Origin: Pirellulales bacterium
GTDB taxonomy: Bacteria; Planctomycetota; Planctomycetia; Pirellulales; PALSA-1355
Length of the DNA stretch: 64,000 nt
Assembly: GCA_050250435.1 (NCBI GenBank)
Contig: JBFWOR010000005.1
Coordinates: 170,300-234,299, forward strand
Direction of reading: 5' to 3'
A program made the translations under genes and the position numbers. Below are positions 36,436 through 45,469 of the stretch, one piece after another (within the stretch, counting starts at the first letter, position 1; each line of letters begins with the position of its first letter). The notes under the pieces were generated by a model. The model was not told where the DNA came from and did no database searches. It saw nothing but the letters and a program-made list of their open reading frames with translations.

Positions 36436-38044
36436 TGCCGGCGTCGCAATGGGATATGGCACTTTGGCCATGCTGGTGGTGGTGATGGCCGTCTCGGTCT
36501 GGCTGGGTACGCAGGCCCAGAAGGCCGTCGAGCGCGGCGGCTTCGTGAAGGGCTACTTCCTGGGCAATCGTGGTCTGGGCGCCTGGGCCTTGGCGCTCAC
36601 GGCCACGGTGCAAAGCGGCGGCACGTTCATGGGCTTTCCCTCGCTCGTGTACACCTACGGCTGGATCGTGGCGCTGTGGATTGCCAGCTACATGGTGGTG
36701 CCGATCACCGGCTTTGCCGTGCTGGGCAAGCGCTTTGCGCAGCTCTCGCGCCGCACGGGCGCCATCACCATTCCCGATCTGTTCGACGCGCGCTATGGCA
36801 ATCAGCGCGTCGGCCTGCTGGCGTCGATCCTCATCATGACGTTCATGACCTTCCTGATGATCGCCCAGTTCAAAGCGGGCGCGCTGGTGATGAAGCTGGC
36901 CTGGCCGGGCAACGGCGCGCTCACCTTGTCCGAAGATGCGCCGCTGGGCGGTATCGACCGGGCCTATTTCGTCGGCCTGGCGGTGTTTTCCATCACGGTC
37001 GTGGGCTACACGCTCATCGGCGGATTCCTGGCGTCGGTGTGGACTGATTTGTTTCAAAGCGTGCTCATGCTGTTCGGCGTGGTGATCTTGTTCCTGGCGA
37101 TCGTCCCCGCGGCCAGCCAATTGGGCATGGATCGTCCCACGCTCGACGCGGTGGCCGCCACCGGACCCGGCTATGCCTTCGGCCCGGGACAACCACAACC
37201 GGACAAGCCGCCGTTTCTGCTCTTGGGCACGGCCATTTCGTTTTTCTTCGTGTGGCCCATCGGCGGCATCGGCTCGCCGGCCAGCATGGTGCGCGTGATG
37301 GCTTGTAAAGATAACGACACGATGCGCCGCTCGATCGTGCTCTTGAGCTTCTATAACTTGTTGATTTATCTGCCGCTGATTTTGATTTGCATTTGCGGCC
37401 GGGCGCTGCTGCCGAATGTGGCCCACGCCGACGAAATCATTCCACGGCTGGCCATCTGGTCGACGCGCGACTGGACGGGCGGGTCGCTGGTGGCGGGACT
37501 GATTTTGGCCGCGCCGTTTGGCGCCGTGATGGCCACGGTGAGCACGTACCTGGTGGTGATCGCCTCGGGCGTGGTGCGCGACATTTACCAGCGATTTCTG
37601 CGCCCTCGCGCCGGCGACACCGAAATTCGGCATGTCTCCTACGTGGTCATGATTCTGTTCGGTCTGATCGGTGTGCTGTCGAATATTCAGCCGGTCAACT
37701 TCCTGCAAACGCTGATCGTCTTCAGCACCACCGCCACGGCTTCGAGCTTTGTCACCCCGGCGCTGATGATGGCATTCTGGCGCAGGGCGACGGCGGCCGG
37801 AACGAGCGCCGCGATGCTGGCCGGCGCCGGTGCCATCTTGACGCTGTTCATCGTCGGCACAATTCAAGGGGGTGCCGCGTTTCAGCCGTATCAGCTCCTG
37901 GGCCTGGAGCCGATCGTGTGGGGCCTGGCCGTATCGGCCGTAGCCGGCGTGGCAGTGAGTCTGGTCACATCGCCGCCGCCGGAGGAGCTGGTGTCGCGAT
38001 TGTTCGATGCGCCGGCCGTGCCGGCCCCTGTCAACCACGGGTAG
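36428..38044 (+). CDS. Sodium:solute symporter (SSS) family transporter, PanF/PutP-like
   Basis: The ORF is 36317..38044, with the real start ATG 36428 (MPDAGVAMGYGTLAMLVVVMAVSVWLG). It contains GYFLGNRGLGAWALALTATVQSGGTFMGFPSLVY, typical of the SSS family. Confidence 0.9.
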   Translation: MPDAGVAMGYGTLAMLVVVMAVSVWLGTQAQKAVERGGFVKGYFLGNRGLGAWALALTATVQSGGTFMGFPSLVYTYGWIVALWIASYMVVPITGFAVLGKRFAQLSRRTGAITIPDLFDARYGNQRVGLLASILIMTFMTFLMIAQFKAGALVMKLAWPGNGALTLSEDAPLGGIDRAYFVGLAVFSITVVGYTLIGGFLASVWTDLFQSVLMLFGVVILFLAIVPAASQLGMDRPTLDAVAATGPGYAFGPGQPQPDKPPFLLLGTAISFFFVWPIGGIGSPASMVRVMACKDNDTMRRSIVLLSFYNLLIYLPLILICICGRALLPNVAHADEIIPRLAIWSTRDWTGGSLVAGLILAAPFGAVMATVSTYLVVIASGVVRDIYQRFLRPRAGDTEIRHVSYVVMILFGLIGVLSNIQPVNFLQTLIVFSTTATASSFVTPALMMAFWRRATAAGTSAAMLAGAGAILTLFIVGTIQGGAAFQPYQLLGLEPIVWGLAVSAVAGVAVSLVTSPPPEELVSRLFDAPAVPAPVNHG

Positions 38045-38106
38045 GGCGTTCGAGAAGCAGCGATGAATTGTCAACCAAGCGCACTCTAGCGCGGAACGAA
38101 TTGCCG

Positions 38107-39459
38107 ATGCAAGCTTCGAGAGCCTCAGGCTTCGACGGTCCCGCGGCACCCGTTGCCAGTCGCGGCGGTCAATATATGGCGCTGGCCGCGGCCTTTCTCG
38201 GCTGGATGTTCGACGGGCTGGAAATGGGCCTGTTTCCCCTGGTGGCGCGGCCGGCCCTGCGCGAATTGATGGGGCCGGAGGCCGAGTTGAACATCGGCAC
38301 CTGGATGGCCTGGATCACCGCCGGTTTTCTGGTGGGCGCTGCGGCCGGGGGATTACTGTTCGGCTGGCTGGGCGATCGGGTGGGGCGCGTGCGCGCGATG
38401 GTCTGGAGCGTGCTCACGTACGCTGTGTTTTCCGGCCTGTGCGGCTTTGCCACGTCGCCCGCGCAAGTGGCCGGGCTGCGATTCATCGCGGCCTTGGGCA
38501 TGGGCGGTGAATGGTCGCTGGGCGTGGCGCTGGTAATGGAAATCTGGCCCAGCCGCTCGCGTCCGATGTTGGCCGGATTGATCGGCGCGGCGGCGAACGT
38601 GGGCTTTCTCGCGATAGCGCTCGTGGGGCTGGTGCTGGCGCGGTTCATCGGCGCCACGGCCGACGGCTTGCACGGCCTGGGCCTTTCGGAGGAAACCGTC
38701 ACCTGGTTGCTTGGTAGCGACGGCTCCGGCTGGCGGCTGTTGATGTTCGTGGGTGCGCTGCCGGCGCTCTTGACGTTCTTCGTGCGCATTTTCGTGCCTG
38801 AGAGCGAGCGCTGGCTGCATGCGTCGGCGGTCACGCCGCCGGCGCGCGTGGCCGATATTTTCGAGTCGGGCGTGCGGCACAAGACGATTCTCGGCACGTG
38901 CCTGGCGGGCATCGCGCTGGTTGGCACCTGGGGCTCGATTCAATGGATGCAGCCCTGGGCCCACCAGATGGCCACGGGCACCGACGCCGAAAAAACGGCC
39001 GCGGCATACACGCAGATCTGCGCCGGCACGGGCGCCATCTTCGGCACGCTGCTCGCCGCCTTCTGCGCCGAATGGTTCAGTCGGCGTTGGAGCTATTTCC
39101 TGTTGAGCGTTATCTCGCTGGCGGTCTGCCAGTATTTGTTTCGCGCCGACATGGAGTTCGGCAGTTGGTTTCTCATATGGGCCTGCATTGCCGGCGGCGT
39201 GACGGCCAGCTTCTATGGCTGGTTGCCGCTGTACCTGCCCGAGCTGTTTCCCACGCGCATCCGCGCCACGGGCCAGGGATTCGCCTTCAACTTCGGGCGC
39301 GTGCTGGCAGCCTTCGGCGCGCTGCAAAGCGGGCAGCTGCTCAACTTCTTTCACGAAGACTACGCCCGCATGTGCTCGATCATCAGCCTGGTATACCTCG
39401 TGGGCATGGCGCTGATCTGGTTCTGCCCGGAGACCAAGGGGCAGCCGCTGCCGGATTGA
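38107..39459 (+). CDS. MFS transporter
   Basis: The long ORF 37387..39459 was trimmed to ATG 38107. It contains GWLGDRVGRVRAM (MFS motif A-like), about 12 hydrophobic segments, and RIRATGQGFAFNFGRV in the second half. Confidence 0.85.
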   Translation: MQASRASGFDGPAAPVASRGGQYMALAAAFLGWMFDGLEMGLFPLVARPALRELMGPEAELNIGTWMAWITAGFLVGAAAGGLLFGWLGDRVGRVRAMVWSVLTYAVFSGLCGFATSPAQVAGLRFIAALGMGGEWSLGVALVMEIWPSRSRPMLAGLIGAAANVGFLAIALVGLVLARFIGATADGLHGLGLSEETVTWLLGSDGSGWRLLMFVGALPALLTFFVRIFVPESERWLHASAVTPPARVADIFESGVRHKTILGTCLAGIALVGTWGSIQWMQPWAHQMATGTDAEKTAAAYTQICAGTGAIFGTLLAAFCAEWFSRRWSYFLLSVISLAVCQYLFRADMEFGSWFLIWACIAGGVTASFYGWLPLYLPELFPTRIRATGQGFAFNFGRVLAAFGALQSGQLLNFFHEDYARMCSIISLVYLVGMALIWFCPETKGQPLPD

Positions 39460-39684
39460 GCGCCCCGGCCGATGGGCCGTTGTCTCCTGTTGCGGCGACA
39501 AATTTGCGCATCGCCGCGTGTCGCAAACCGCGTGCGGCTCTATTCTTGCGATTCATTTTTGGCACCGCGATTCGTCTTGCTGCGCGCGGCCGATCCCCCT
39601 AGAATGCCGCCCCCTTGGACGCCCAGGCAGGCGTCCATTCCTGCGCCTGCTGTCGCATGACAGCAGGTGTGCACGAGACTATCC

Positions 39685-42435
39685 ATGGACGGATCACGCT
39701 CGCCAGACCAGCTATTCCTTGCGCGCCCATTTGTTTGGGGCACGCGCCTGATCCTGGCGTTTCCTGTCGCAACCATCGCCCTGTCGCTGATTCTGGCGGT
39801 GGGCGCCTGCTATCTGACGGCCACTCGGCTGGGCTACCAAACCAGCCGCATGGACCTGCTGAATCCCAACAGCAGCTACAACCGGCTGTGGACCCAGTAC
39901 ATCGAAGAATTTGGCGACGAAGACGATGCCGTGGTGGTGGTCGAAGGACCGTCGCGCGATCAGGTAGTGCCGGTGCTCGAAGAGCTTTCCGCCGCGCTGG
40001 CGCGCGAGCAGCACCTGTTCCACGCCGTGCTGCACGAAGTGGACCTGGCCAAAATTCGTTCCAAGGGGCTGCACTACTTGTCGCCCGAGGAACTGGCCGG
40101 GATCGAACAGTTCTTAAGCGACGTGGGCCCAATTCTCGATGGTAACTGGACGCCCCTGAATGTCAGCGCCATGGCCAGCGGGCTGTCGGCACAGCTTGAA
40201 GCCGGCGGCGCCCAGGACCCGGCCCTGGCTGCCGGCGCGCGCGACAAGCTGGCACGGCTGGCGGGCAGTTTGAACACCTCGCTTTTGGGAGGCGGTCGCT
40301 ATCAGTCTCCCTGGCCGGAAATGCCGGCCTCGTTCTCCACGCTCAGCGAGTTGAACTCCGACTACTTGCTTACCAAGCAAGGGCAACTTGGCTTCGTGCT
40401 GTTGCGTTTGGCACGGAGCAACGACGATTTCAATCGCTGCAGCGAAGCGACCGACGCGTTGCGCGATTTGATCGCCCAGGTGCAGGCCCGCCATCCCGAA
40501 ACCAAGATCGGCCTCACCGGCTTGCCGATCATGGAAAACGACGAGATGCGCTCCAGTCAGAGCTCGATGCTCTGGGCCAGCCTGCTCTCGATGGGCGGCG
40601 TGGCATTGCTGTTCGTGGCCGGGTTCGGCGGCATCCGCCACGCCTTGCTGGCGAACCTGGCGCTGCTGGTGGGCATGGCCTGGTCGTTTGGCTATGTCAC
40701 GCTCACGGTCGGCCATTTGAACATCCTGAGCGTGTCGTTTACGGTGACGCTGATCGGCATCGGCATCGACTTTGGCGTGTACTACGTGGCCCGCTATCTG
40801 CAGTTGCGTGGCGAGCAAATGGATTGCCACGCGGCCCTGCTGGAGACGGCCCGCGGCGCGGGCCCCGCAATTGCCGCGGGAGCGATTACCACGTCGATTG
40901 CGTTCTTCGCCGCCGGCCTGACGAGCTTCAAGGGTGTGTCCGAGCTGGGCATCATCGCCGGCGGTGGCATCCTGCTCTGCGCCGTGGCCGAGCTGGTGCT
41001 ATTGCCCGCCAGCCTGATCCTCATCGATCGCAGCGGTTGGGGCCGCACGCTGCCGCGCCCGTTGCCCGTGCACCGCTTCATTGGGCCGCTGTTGAGAGTG
41101 CCGCGGTTCACCGTTGGCGTGACGCTGTTGTTGACCGCCGCCGCCGCGCTAGGGTTGGGGCAACTGTGGTACGACAACAACCTGCTCAACATGCAAGCCA
41201 AGGGATTGGAAAGCGTCGCCTTGGAGAAAAAACTGCTCACCGAGTGCAACCAGAGCGTGTGGTACGCGCTGTCCATTGCCGACAGCCGCGAAGAGTTGCT
41301 CGCGCGGAAAGCCAAGTTTCTCAAGCTGCCCAGCGTGGAACGCACGGAAGAGATCGTTTCGCTTTTGCCCGTCGACGATGAGCTCAAGCAACCGGTCATT
41401 CTGCGGATTCGCGAGCGTCTTAAAGACTTGCCCGAGCGGCCGCAGTTGATCACGGTGGAGCGCCCCGAAAGGCTGGGCCAGGTGCTGGGCCACGTGCAGA
41501 CGTTGTTGGCCAGCAACCGCGCGGACGAAAAATCGAAGCGCAATCTGGAGGTCGTCCGCGATCATTTGCGCCGCATGCCGTTGGCCGATTGTTATGCCCA
41601 GATTTCGCGCTTCCAGCAGGAAATGGCCGGCGATCTCTTGAGTCGGCTGCACATTCTCGAAGGCATTGCCAATCCCGAGCCGCCCAAGCTGTCCGACTTA
41701 CCGGCCAGCCTGGTCGACCGCTTTGTCGGTCAGCACGGACGCCACTTGCTGAAAATCTACGGCCGCGGCGACATCTGGGACTCGGCCGCTTTGGGCCGGT
41801 TCGTCAGCGACGTGCGCACGGTCGATCAGCACGTCACCGGCAACCCGCTGCAAGCGCACGAAGCATCGTTGGAAATGAAGGGCAGCTTTCAGGAAGCGGC
41901 ACTGTACTCGCTCTTGGCAATCGTGGGCGTGCTGGTGTTGGACTTCAAGAGCATGAAATTTGCACTCTTGGCCATTCTGCCGCTGAGCGTGAGCGTGCTG
42001 CAGATGTTCGGCCTGCTGGGCCTGCTCGACATCCCGCTCAATCCGGCGAACCTGATCGCACTGCCGTTGATTCTGGGCATCGGCGTGGATTATGGCGTGC
42101 ACATCGTGCACGAGTACCGCGAACAGCCCGGGCCGTATCGATTGTCGTCGGGGACTGCCGTGGCGGTGCTGGTCGACGCGCTGACGACCCTCGTCGGCTT
42201 CGGTTCGTTGATGATCGCCTCGCACCAGGGATTGCAGAGCCTGGGCCGCGTGTTGACGCTGGGCGTCACGTGCTGCCTGTTTACGTCGCTGGTGCTGCTG
42301 CCGGCGATGCTCTCGTGGATTTCGCGGCGGCGCGTCGTTCTCAAGGCGCCGCCCGCGGCGACTCCGGAAGAAGCACCGGTGCGAACGCTGCCCGTGGCGG
42401 CGCCCGCGGCGGAATCGATCCGGCGCGCGGCATAG
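39685..42435 (+). CDS. MMPL/RND-superfamily transporter (HpnN-like architecture)
   Basis: The ORF is 39667..42435, starting at GTG 39667 or ATG 39685. It has two 6-TM bundles, each preceded by a large periplasmic loop, and contains GLPIMENDEMRSSQSSMLWASLLSMGGVALLFVAGFGGIRH and GVDYGVHIVHEY. Confidence 0.85.
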   Translation: MDGSRSPDQLFLARPFVWGTRLILAFPVATIALSLILAVGACYLTATRLGYQTSRMDLLNPNSSYNRLWTQYIEEFGDEDDAVVVVEGPSRDQVVPVLEELSAALAREQHLFHAVLHEVDLAKIRSKGLHYLSPEELAGIEQFLSDVGPILDGNWTPLNVSAMASGLSAQLEAGGAQDPALAAGARDKLARLAGSLNTSLLGGGRYQSPWPEMPASFSTLSELNSDYLLTKQGQLGFVLLRLARSNDDFNRCSEATDALRDLIAQVQARHPETKIGLTGLPIMENDEMRSSQSSMLWASLLSMGGVALLFVAGFGGIRHALLANLALLVGMAWSFGYVTLTVGHLNILSVSFTVTLIGIGIDFGVYYVARYLQLRGEQMDCHAALLETARGAGPAIAAGAITTSIAFFAAGLTSFKGVSELGIIAGGGILLCAVAELVLLPASLILIDRSGWGRTLPRPLPVHRFIGPLLRVPRFTVGVTLLLTAAAALGLGQLWYDNNLLNMQAKGLESVALEKKLLTECNQSVWYALSIADSREELLARKAKFLKLPSVERTEEIVSLLPVDDELKQPVILRIRERLKDLPERPQLITVERPERLGQVLGHVQTLLASNRADEKSKRNLEVVRDHLRRMPLADCYAQISRFQQEMAGDLLSRLHILEGIANPEPPKLSDLPASLVDRFVGQHGRHLLKIYGRGDIWDSAALGRFVSDVRTVDQHVTGNPLQAHEASLEMKGSFQEAALYSLLAIVGVLVLDFKSMKFALLAILPLSVSVLQMFGLLGLLDIPLNPANLIALPLILGIGVDYGVHIVHEYREQPGPYRLSSGTAVAVLVDALTTLVGFGSLMIASHQGLQSLGRVLTLGVTCCLFTSLVLLPAMLSWISRRRVVLKAPPAATPEEAPVRTLPVAAPAAESIRRAA

Positions 42436-42461
42436 CCGGGGATTGCCCCCCCCGCGCATTC

Positions 42462-43247
42462 CTACTGCTCCGCTTGCCGAGCCTTTTCGGCCTTCTCTGC
42501 CGCTTTGCGTTGGCGATAGTCTGCGAGCACACCGGCCGGATCGTCGTTGAACAGATCGCGACAGCCGGTGCAGCAGACGAAGTACTTCTTGCCCTGGTAC
42601 TCCACGGCAATCGTACCCAGGCCGCCGGTCACCACGCACTCCGGCCCGCTCGCGGCCGCGGTGGCGAATGAGCTGCCTTTGCGCGTCGAGCCGACTTCGC
42701 CCAAGCGTGCGTAGAGGTCGGCGCCCAGACGCTTTTCGTAGAGGACGACCATCCGGTCGCCGCCGGCCACCAGCCGAATGGACACGCGCGCCGGCCGATC
42801 GGTCGCGGCATTCTCGGCAACCATCACCAAGGCGCCGTCCTTGAGGGTCCCTGCAAATTGCACTTCGCCGGCTTCCGCGGATTTCGCGCCCGCGGCAACA
42901 GCCGGTTTGGCAAAGAGTGTGAATTGCCCCGCCTCGTCGGCCGCTGCCAGCCGCAACTGCGAGAAATACTGTGCATCGTGCAGCTCGGCAATCAGCTCTG
43001 CCCTGCCCTTTGCGAAGTGCCAGGCCCACTCGGACGTTTCCGTCCAGGCGCCGCGGCTGGACCCGCGTCGCACCTGGCCCACACCGCGCCAAGAGCCAAC
43101 ATAGGCCTGCAGCGCGGCCAGCGCGCGCTTGTCGGCGGCCACGCGGTCTTGCGTGGCATCGACTGGCGCATCGGCGGCGCGAGCGACTGCCGCGCTCCAA
43201 GGTAGCAACTGCGCCGCCAGCGCAATGGCGGCGAGAAATCGGTTCAT
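42462..43247 (-). CDS. Exported protein with C-terminal YHS/TRASH-like metal-binding domain
   Basis: 261-aa ORF with signal peptide MNRFLAAIALAAQLLPWSAAVARA. The C-terminus PECVVTGGLGTIAVEYQGKKYFVCCTGCRDLFNDDPAGVLADY fits the YHS pattern (xYYFCsxxCxxxFxxxP). Confidence 0.6.
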   Translation of the reverse strand: MNRFLAAIALAAQLLPWSAAVARAADAPVDATQDRVAADKRALAALQAYVGSWRGVGQVRRGSSRGAWTETSEWAWHFAKGRAELIAELHDAQYFSQLRLAAADEAGQFTLFAKPAVAAGAKSAEAGEVQFAGTLKDGALVMVAENAATDRPARVSIRLVAGGDRMVVLYEKRLGADLYARLGEVGSTRKGSSFATAAASGPECVVTGGLGTIAVEYQGKKYFVCCTGCRDLFNDDPAGVLADYRQRKAAEKAEKARQAEQ

Positions 43248-43453
43248 ACCCGGGCTCCCTCGAGGACAAGGTGTCTGTCGATACTATAACCCCGCAGCTG
43301 CAATTGCGTCTCGCCGAGTTGTGCGGAATTTGCGGCGTTGGCGCGCGGGGGCCATCTGTCGCCTGCGACGCCAGCCCCTTTCGCCCGGCACACCCCCGCG
43401 CTACACTGACAAGTTCCCCGTGCGCCAACGACGCGCCGCCGGAAAGTGCGCCC

Positions 43454-44293
43454 ATGATCCAGAACCTGCCCGTCAAAACGCTGGTCCACAACGATCTGAC
43501 GATCGAGGGCTACTCGCGCGCGGCGGTGCAAACCTATTGGCGCTTGCCCGAGCTGAAGATTGGCTTCGACTTGGGCGGTCAACCGTGGGCCTTCATGGGC
43601 ACCGGCACGTGGTTCGTCTCGCACGGCCACCTGGACCATCTGGCCGCCCTGCCCGTCTACGTGGCCCGGCGGCGGATGATGAAAATGGAGCCGCCGGTGA
43701 TCTACATGCCCACCGTGGCCGTCGAGCCGATGCAAAAAATCCTGCGGCTGTTCACGCGGCTCGATCGGGGCCGCATGCCCTGCGAGCTGCGCGGCGTGGA
43801 GCCCGGCGCAGAAATCGAGCTCTCGCGCGAGCACGTGGTCACCGTGTCGCAAACCGTGCACACCGTCCCGTCGCTGGGCTTTGTGGTTTGGGAGCGGCGG
43901 CGAAAGCTCAAGGCCGAGTACCAGGGGCTAACCGGGCCGCAAATTCGCGATCTTCGCCTGGGCGGCAGCGACGTAACCGAGGAGCGCCGCACGCCGCGCT
44001 TTGCCTACCTGGGCGACAGCGCACCTGCCGGGCTCGACCGCTGTCCTGCCATGTTCGAGGCCCAGGTGCTGGTGCTGGAAATGACGTTTGTCGCCCCCTC
44101 GCATCGCAAGGAGCGCATACACAAGTTCGGCCACGTGCATCTCGACGATATCCTCGAGCGCCGCGAACGCTTCAAAAACGAGATCATCATCGCCTCCCAC
44201 TTCAGCACGCGCTATAGCGGCAAGCGCATCAAGCAATTGGTCGAGCGCGCGATGCCCGACATGCTGGGCGGCCGCCTGCACTTGTGGCTCTGA
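43454..44293 (+). CDS. MBL-fold metallo-hydrolase (RNase Z-like)
   Basis: ORF 42971..44293 was trimmed to ATG 43454 (MIQNLPVKTLVHND). It carries the HxHxDH motif SHGHLDHL and a C-terminal ...IIASHFSTRY. Confidence 0.8.
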   Translation: MIQNLPVKTLVHNDLTIEGYSRAAVQTYWRLPELKIGFDLGGQPWAFMGTGTWFVSHGHLDHLAALPVYVARRRMMKMEPPVIYMPTVAVEPMQKILRLFTRLDRGRMPCELRGVEPGAEIELSREHVVTVSQTVHTVPSLGFVVWERRRKLKAEYQGLTGPQIRDLRLGGSDVTEERRTPRFAYLGDSAPAGLDRCPAMFEAQVLVLEMTFVAPSHRKERIHKFGHVHLDDILERRERFKNEIIIASHFSTRYSGKRIKQLVERAMPDMLGGRLHLWL

Positions 44294-44295
44294 TA

Positions 44296-45453
44296 ATGGC
44301 TCCGCACGCGCCAGTGGTCCACGAAGCGACTCAGCCCCGGGCCGCATACGTCCACGTGCCGTTCTGTCGGCACCGATGCGGCTATTGCAATTTCACACTC
44401 GTGGCCGGACGCGATGACCTGATTGGCGACTACTTGCGCGCCATCGAACTGGAACTGGCCACGCTCGGCCAGCCGCGCGAAGTGGACACGCTGTTCTTCG
44501 GCGGCGGCACGCCCACGCACCTGTCGCCCGACCAGTGGCGCCAGTTGGCCGCGACCGCACGGCGCTGGTTTCCGCTGGCGCCGGGCTATGAGTTCAGCGT
44601 CGAAGCGAACCCTGCCGACCTGAACGACGAAATGCTGTCGGCCCTGGCCGAAAGCGGCGTCAATCGCGTCAGCATCGGCGGCCAGTCGTTCGATGCGGTC
44701 AAGCTGAAGTTACTCGAGCGCGATCACACGGCCGAGCAATTGCGCGCGGCAATCACGACAGCGCAACCGCGCTTTCCGTCGGTGTCGCTCGATCTGATCT
44801 TCGGCGTGCCCAGCGAAACGACGGCCATCTGGTCGAACGATTTGCAGCACGGGCTGGCGCTGAGGCCGGCGCACGTCTCGACCTACGGTCTCACCTTCGA
44901 GCGCGGCACGGCTTTCTGGAAGCGCTTGCTCGAAGGCGAGCTCGGCCGCCTGGACGAAGAACTGGAGCGCTCGCTGTACGGCACGGCCATCGATACGCTC
45001 ACGGCCGCCGGCTACGAGCACTACGAGGTCTCCAACTTCGCCCTGCCCGGTTACCGCTGCCGGCACAACGAGACGTATTGGTCGGGCGACGCGTATTTTG
45101 CCGCCGGTCCGGGCGCGGCGCGGTATATCGCCGGCCGCCGCGAAATGAACCATCGCAGCACGACCACCTGGCTGAAACGCGTGCTGGCCGGCCAGTCGCC
45201 GGTGGCGGAGAGCGAATCGCTTGATTCCGAGGCGCGGGCCAGGGAGCTCTTGGTGTTCGCACTGCGCCGGCTGGAGGGCGTCGACCGCCGCGCGTTCGCC
45301 GCGCGCAGCGGCTTCGAAGTCGATCAGCTGGTCGCGGAGCCCCTGCGGCGATTCGTTGAGCTGGGGCTGCTGGAGGACGACGGGCAACGCGTGCGCTTGT
45401 CGCGCGAAGGGCTCTTCGTCAGCGACGCCATTTGGCCGCACTTCTTGCGCTAA
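44296..45453 (+). CDS. hemW: Radical SAM heme chaperone HemW (HemN-like, oxygen-independent coproporphyrinogen oxidase family)
   Basis: It has the CxxxCxxC motif in YVHVPFCRHRCGYCNF and GGGTP, with a HemN_C-like C-terminus. ATG 44296 lies just after the upstream stop. Confidence 0.88.
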   Translation: MAPHAPVVHEATQPRAAYVHVPFCRHRCGYCNFTLVAGRDDLIGDYLRAIELELATLGQPREVDTLFFGGGTPTHLSPDQWRQLAATARRWFPLAPGYEFSVEANPADLNDEMLSALAESGVNRVSIGGQSFDAVKLKLLERDHTAEQLRAAITTAQPRFPSVSLDLIFGVPSETTAIWSNDLQHGLALRPAHVSTYGLTFERGTAFWKRLLEGELGRLDEELERSLYGTAIDTLTAAGYEHYEVSNFALPGYRCRHNETYWSGDAYFAAGPGAARYIAGRREMNHRSTTTWLKRVLAGQSPVAESESLDSEARARELLVFALRRLEGVDRRAFAARSGFEVDQLVAEPLRRFVELGLLEDDGQRVRLSREGLFVSDAIWPHFLR

Positions 45454-45469
45454 CGGGCACGAGGATGTG

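Noticed and set aside
37387-38106. N-terminal 240 codons of the 690-aa ORF 37387..39459
   Set aside because: This part overlaps the SSS transporter in another frame and is Arg/Gly-rich. The MFS-like sequence only begins at ATG 38107, so the CDS was trimmed.
36350-38149. 599-aa - strand ORF
   Set aside because: It is antisense to the SSS transporter, whose hydrophobic periodicity and family motifs are unambiguous. The antisense product is Arg/His/Gly/Asp-rich.
42971-43453. N-terminal 161 codons of ORF 42971..44293
   Set aside because: This part overlaps the convergent YHS-domain gene and is Arg/Pro-rich with no similarity to MBL hydrolases. The CDS was trimmed to ATG 43454.
41698-43491. 597-aa - strand ORF
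   Set aside because: It overlaps the MMPL transporter C-terminus in antisense. In another frame it overlaps the better-supported YHS-domain ORF (42462-43247), which has a signal peptide. No motifs were found.
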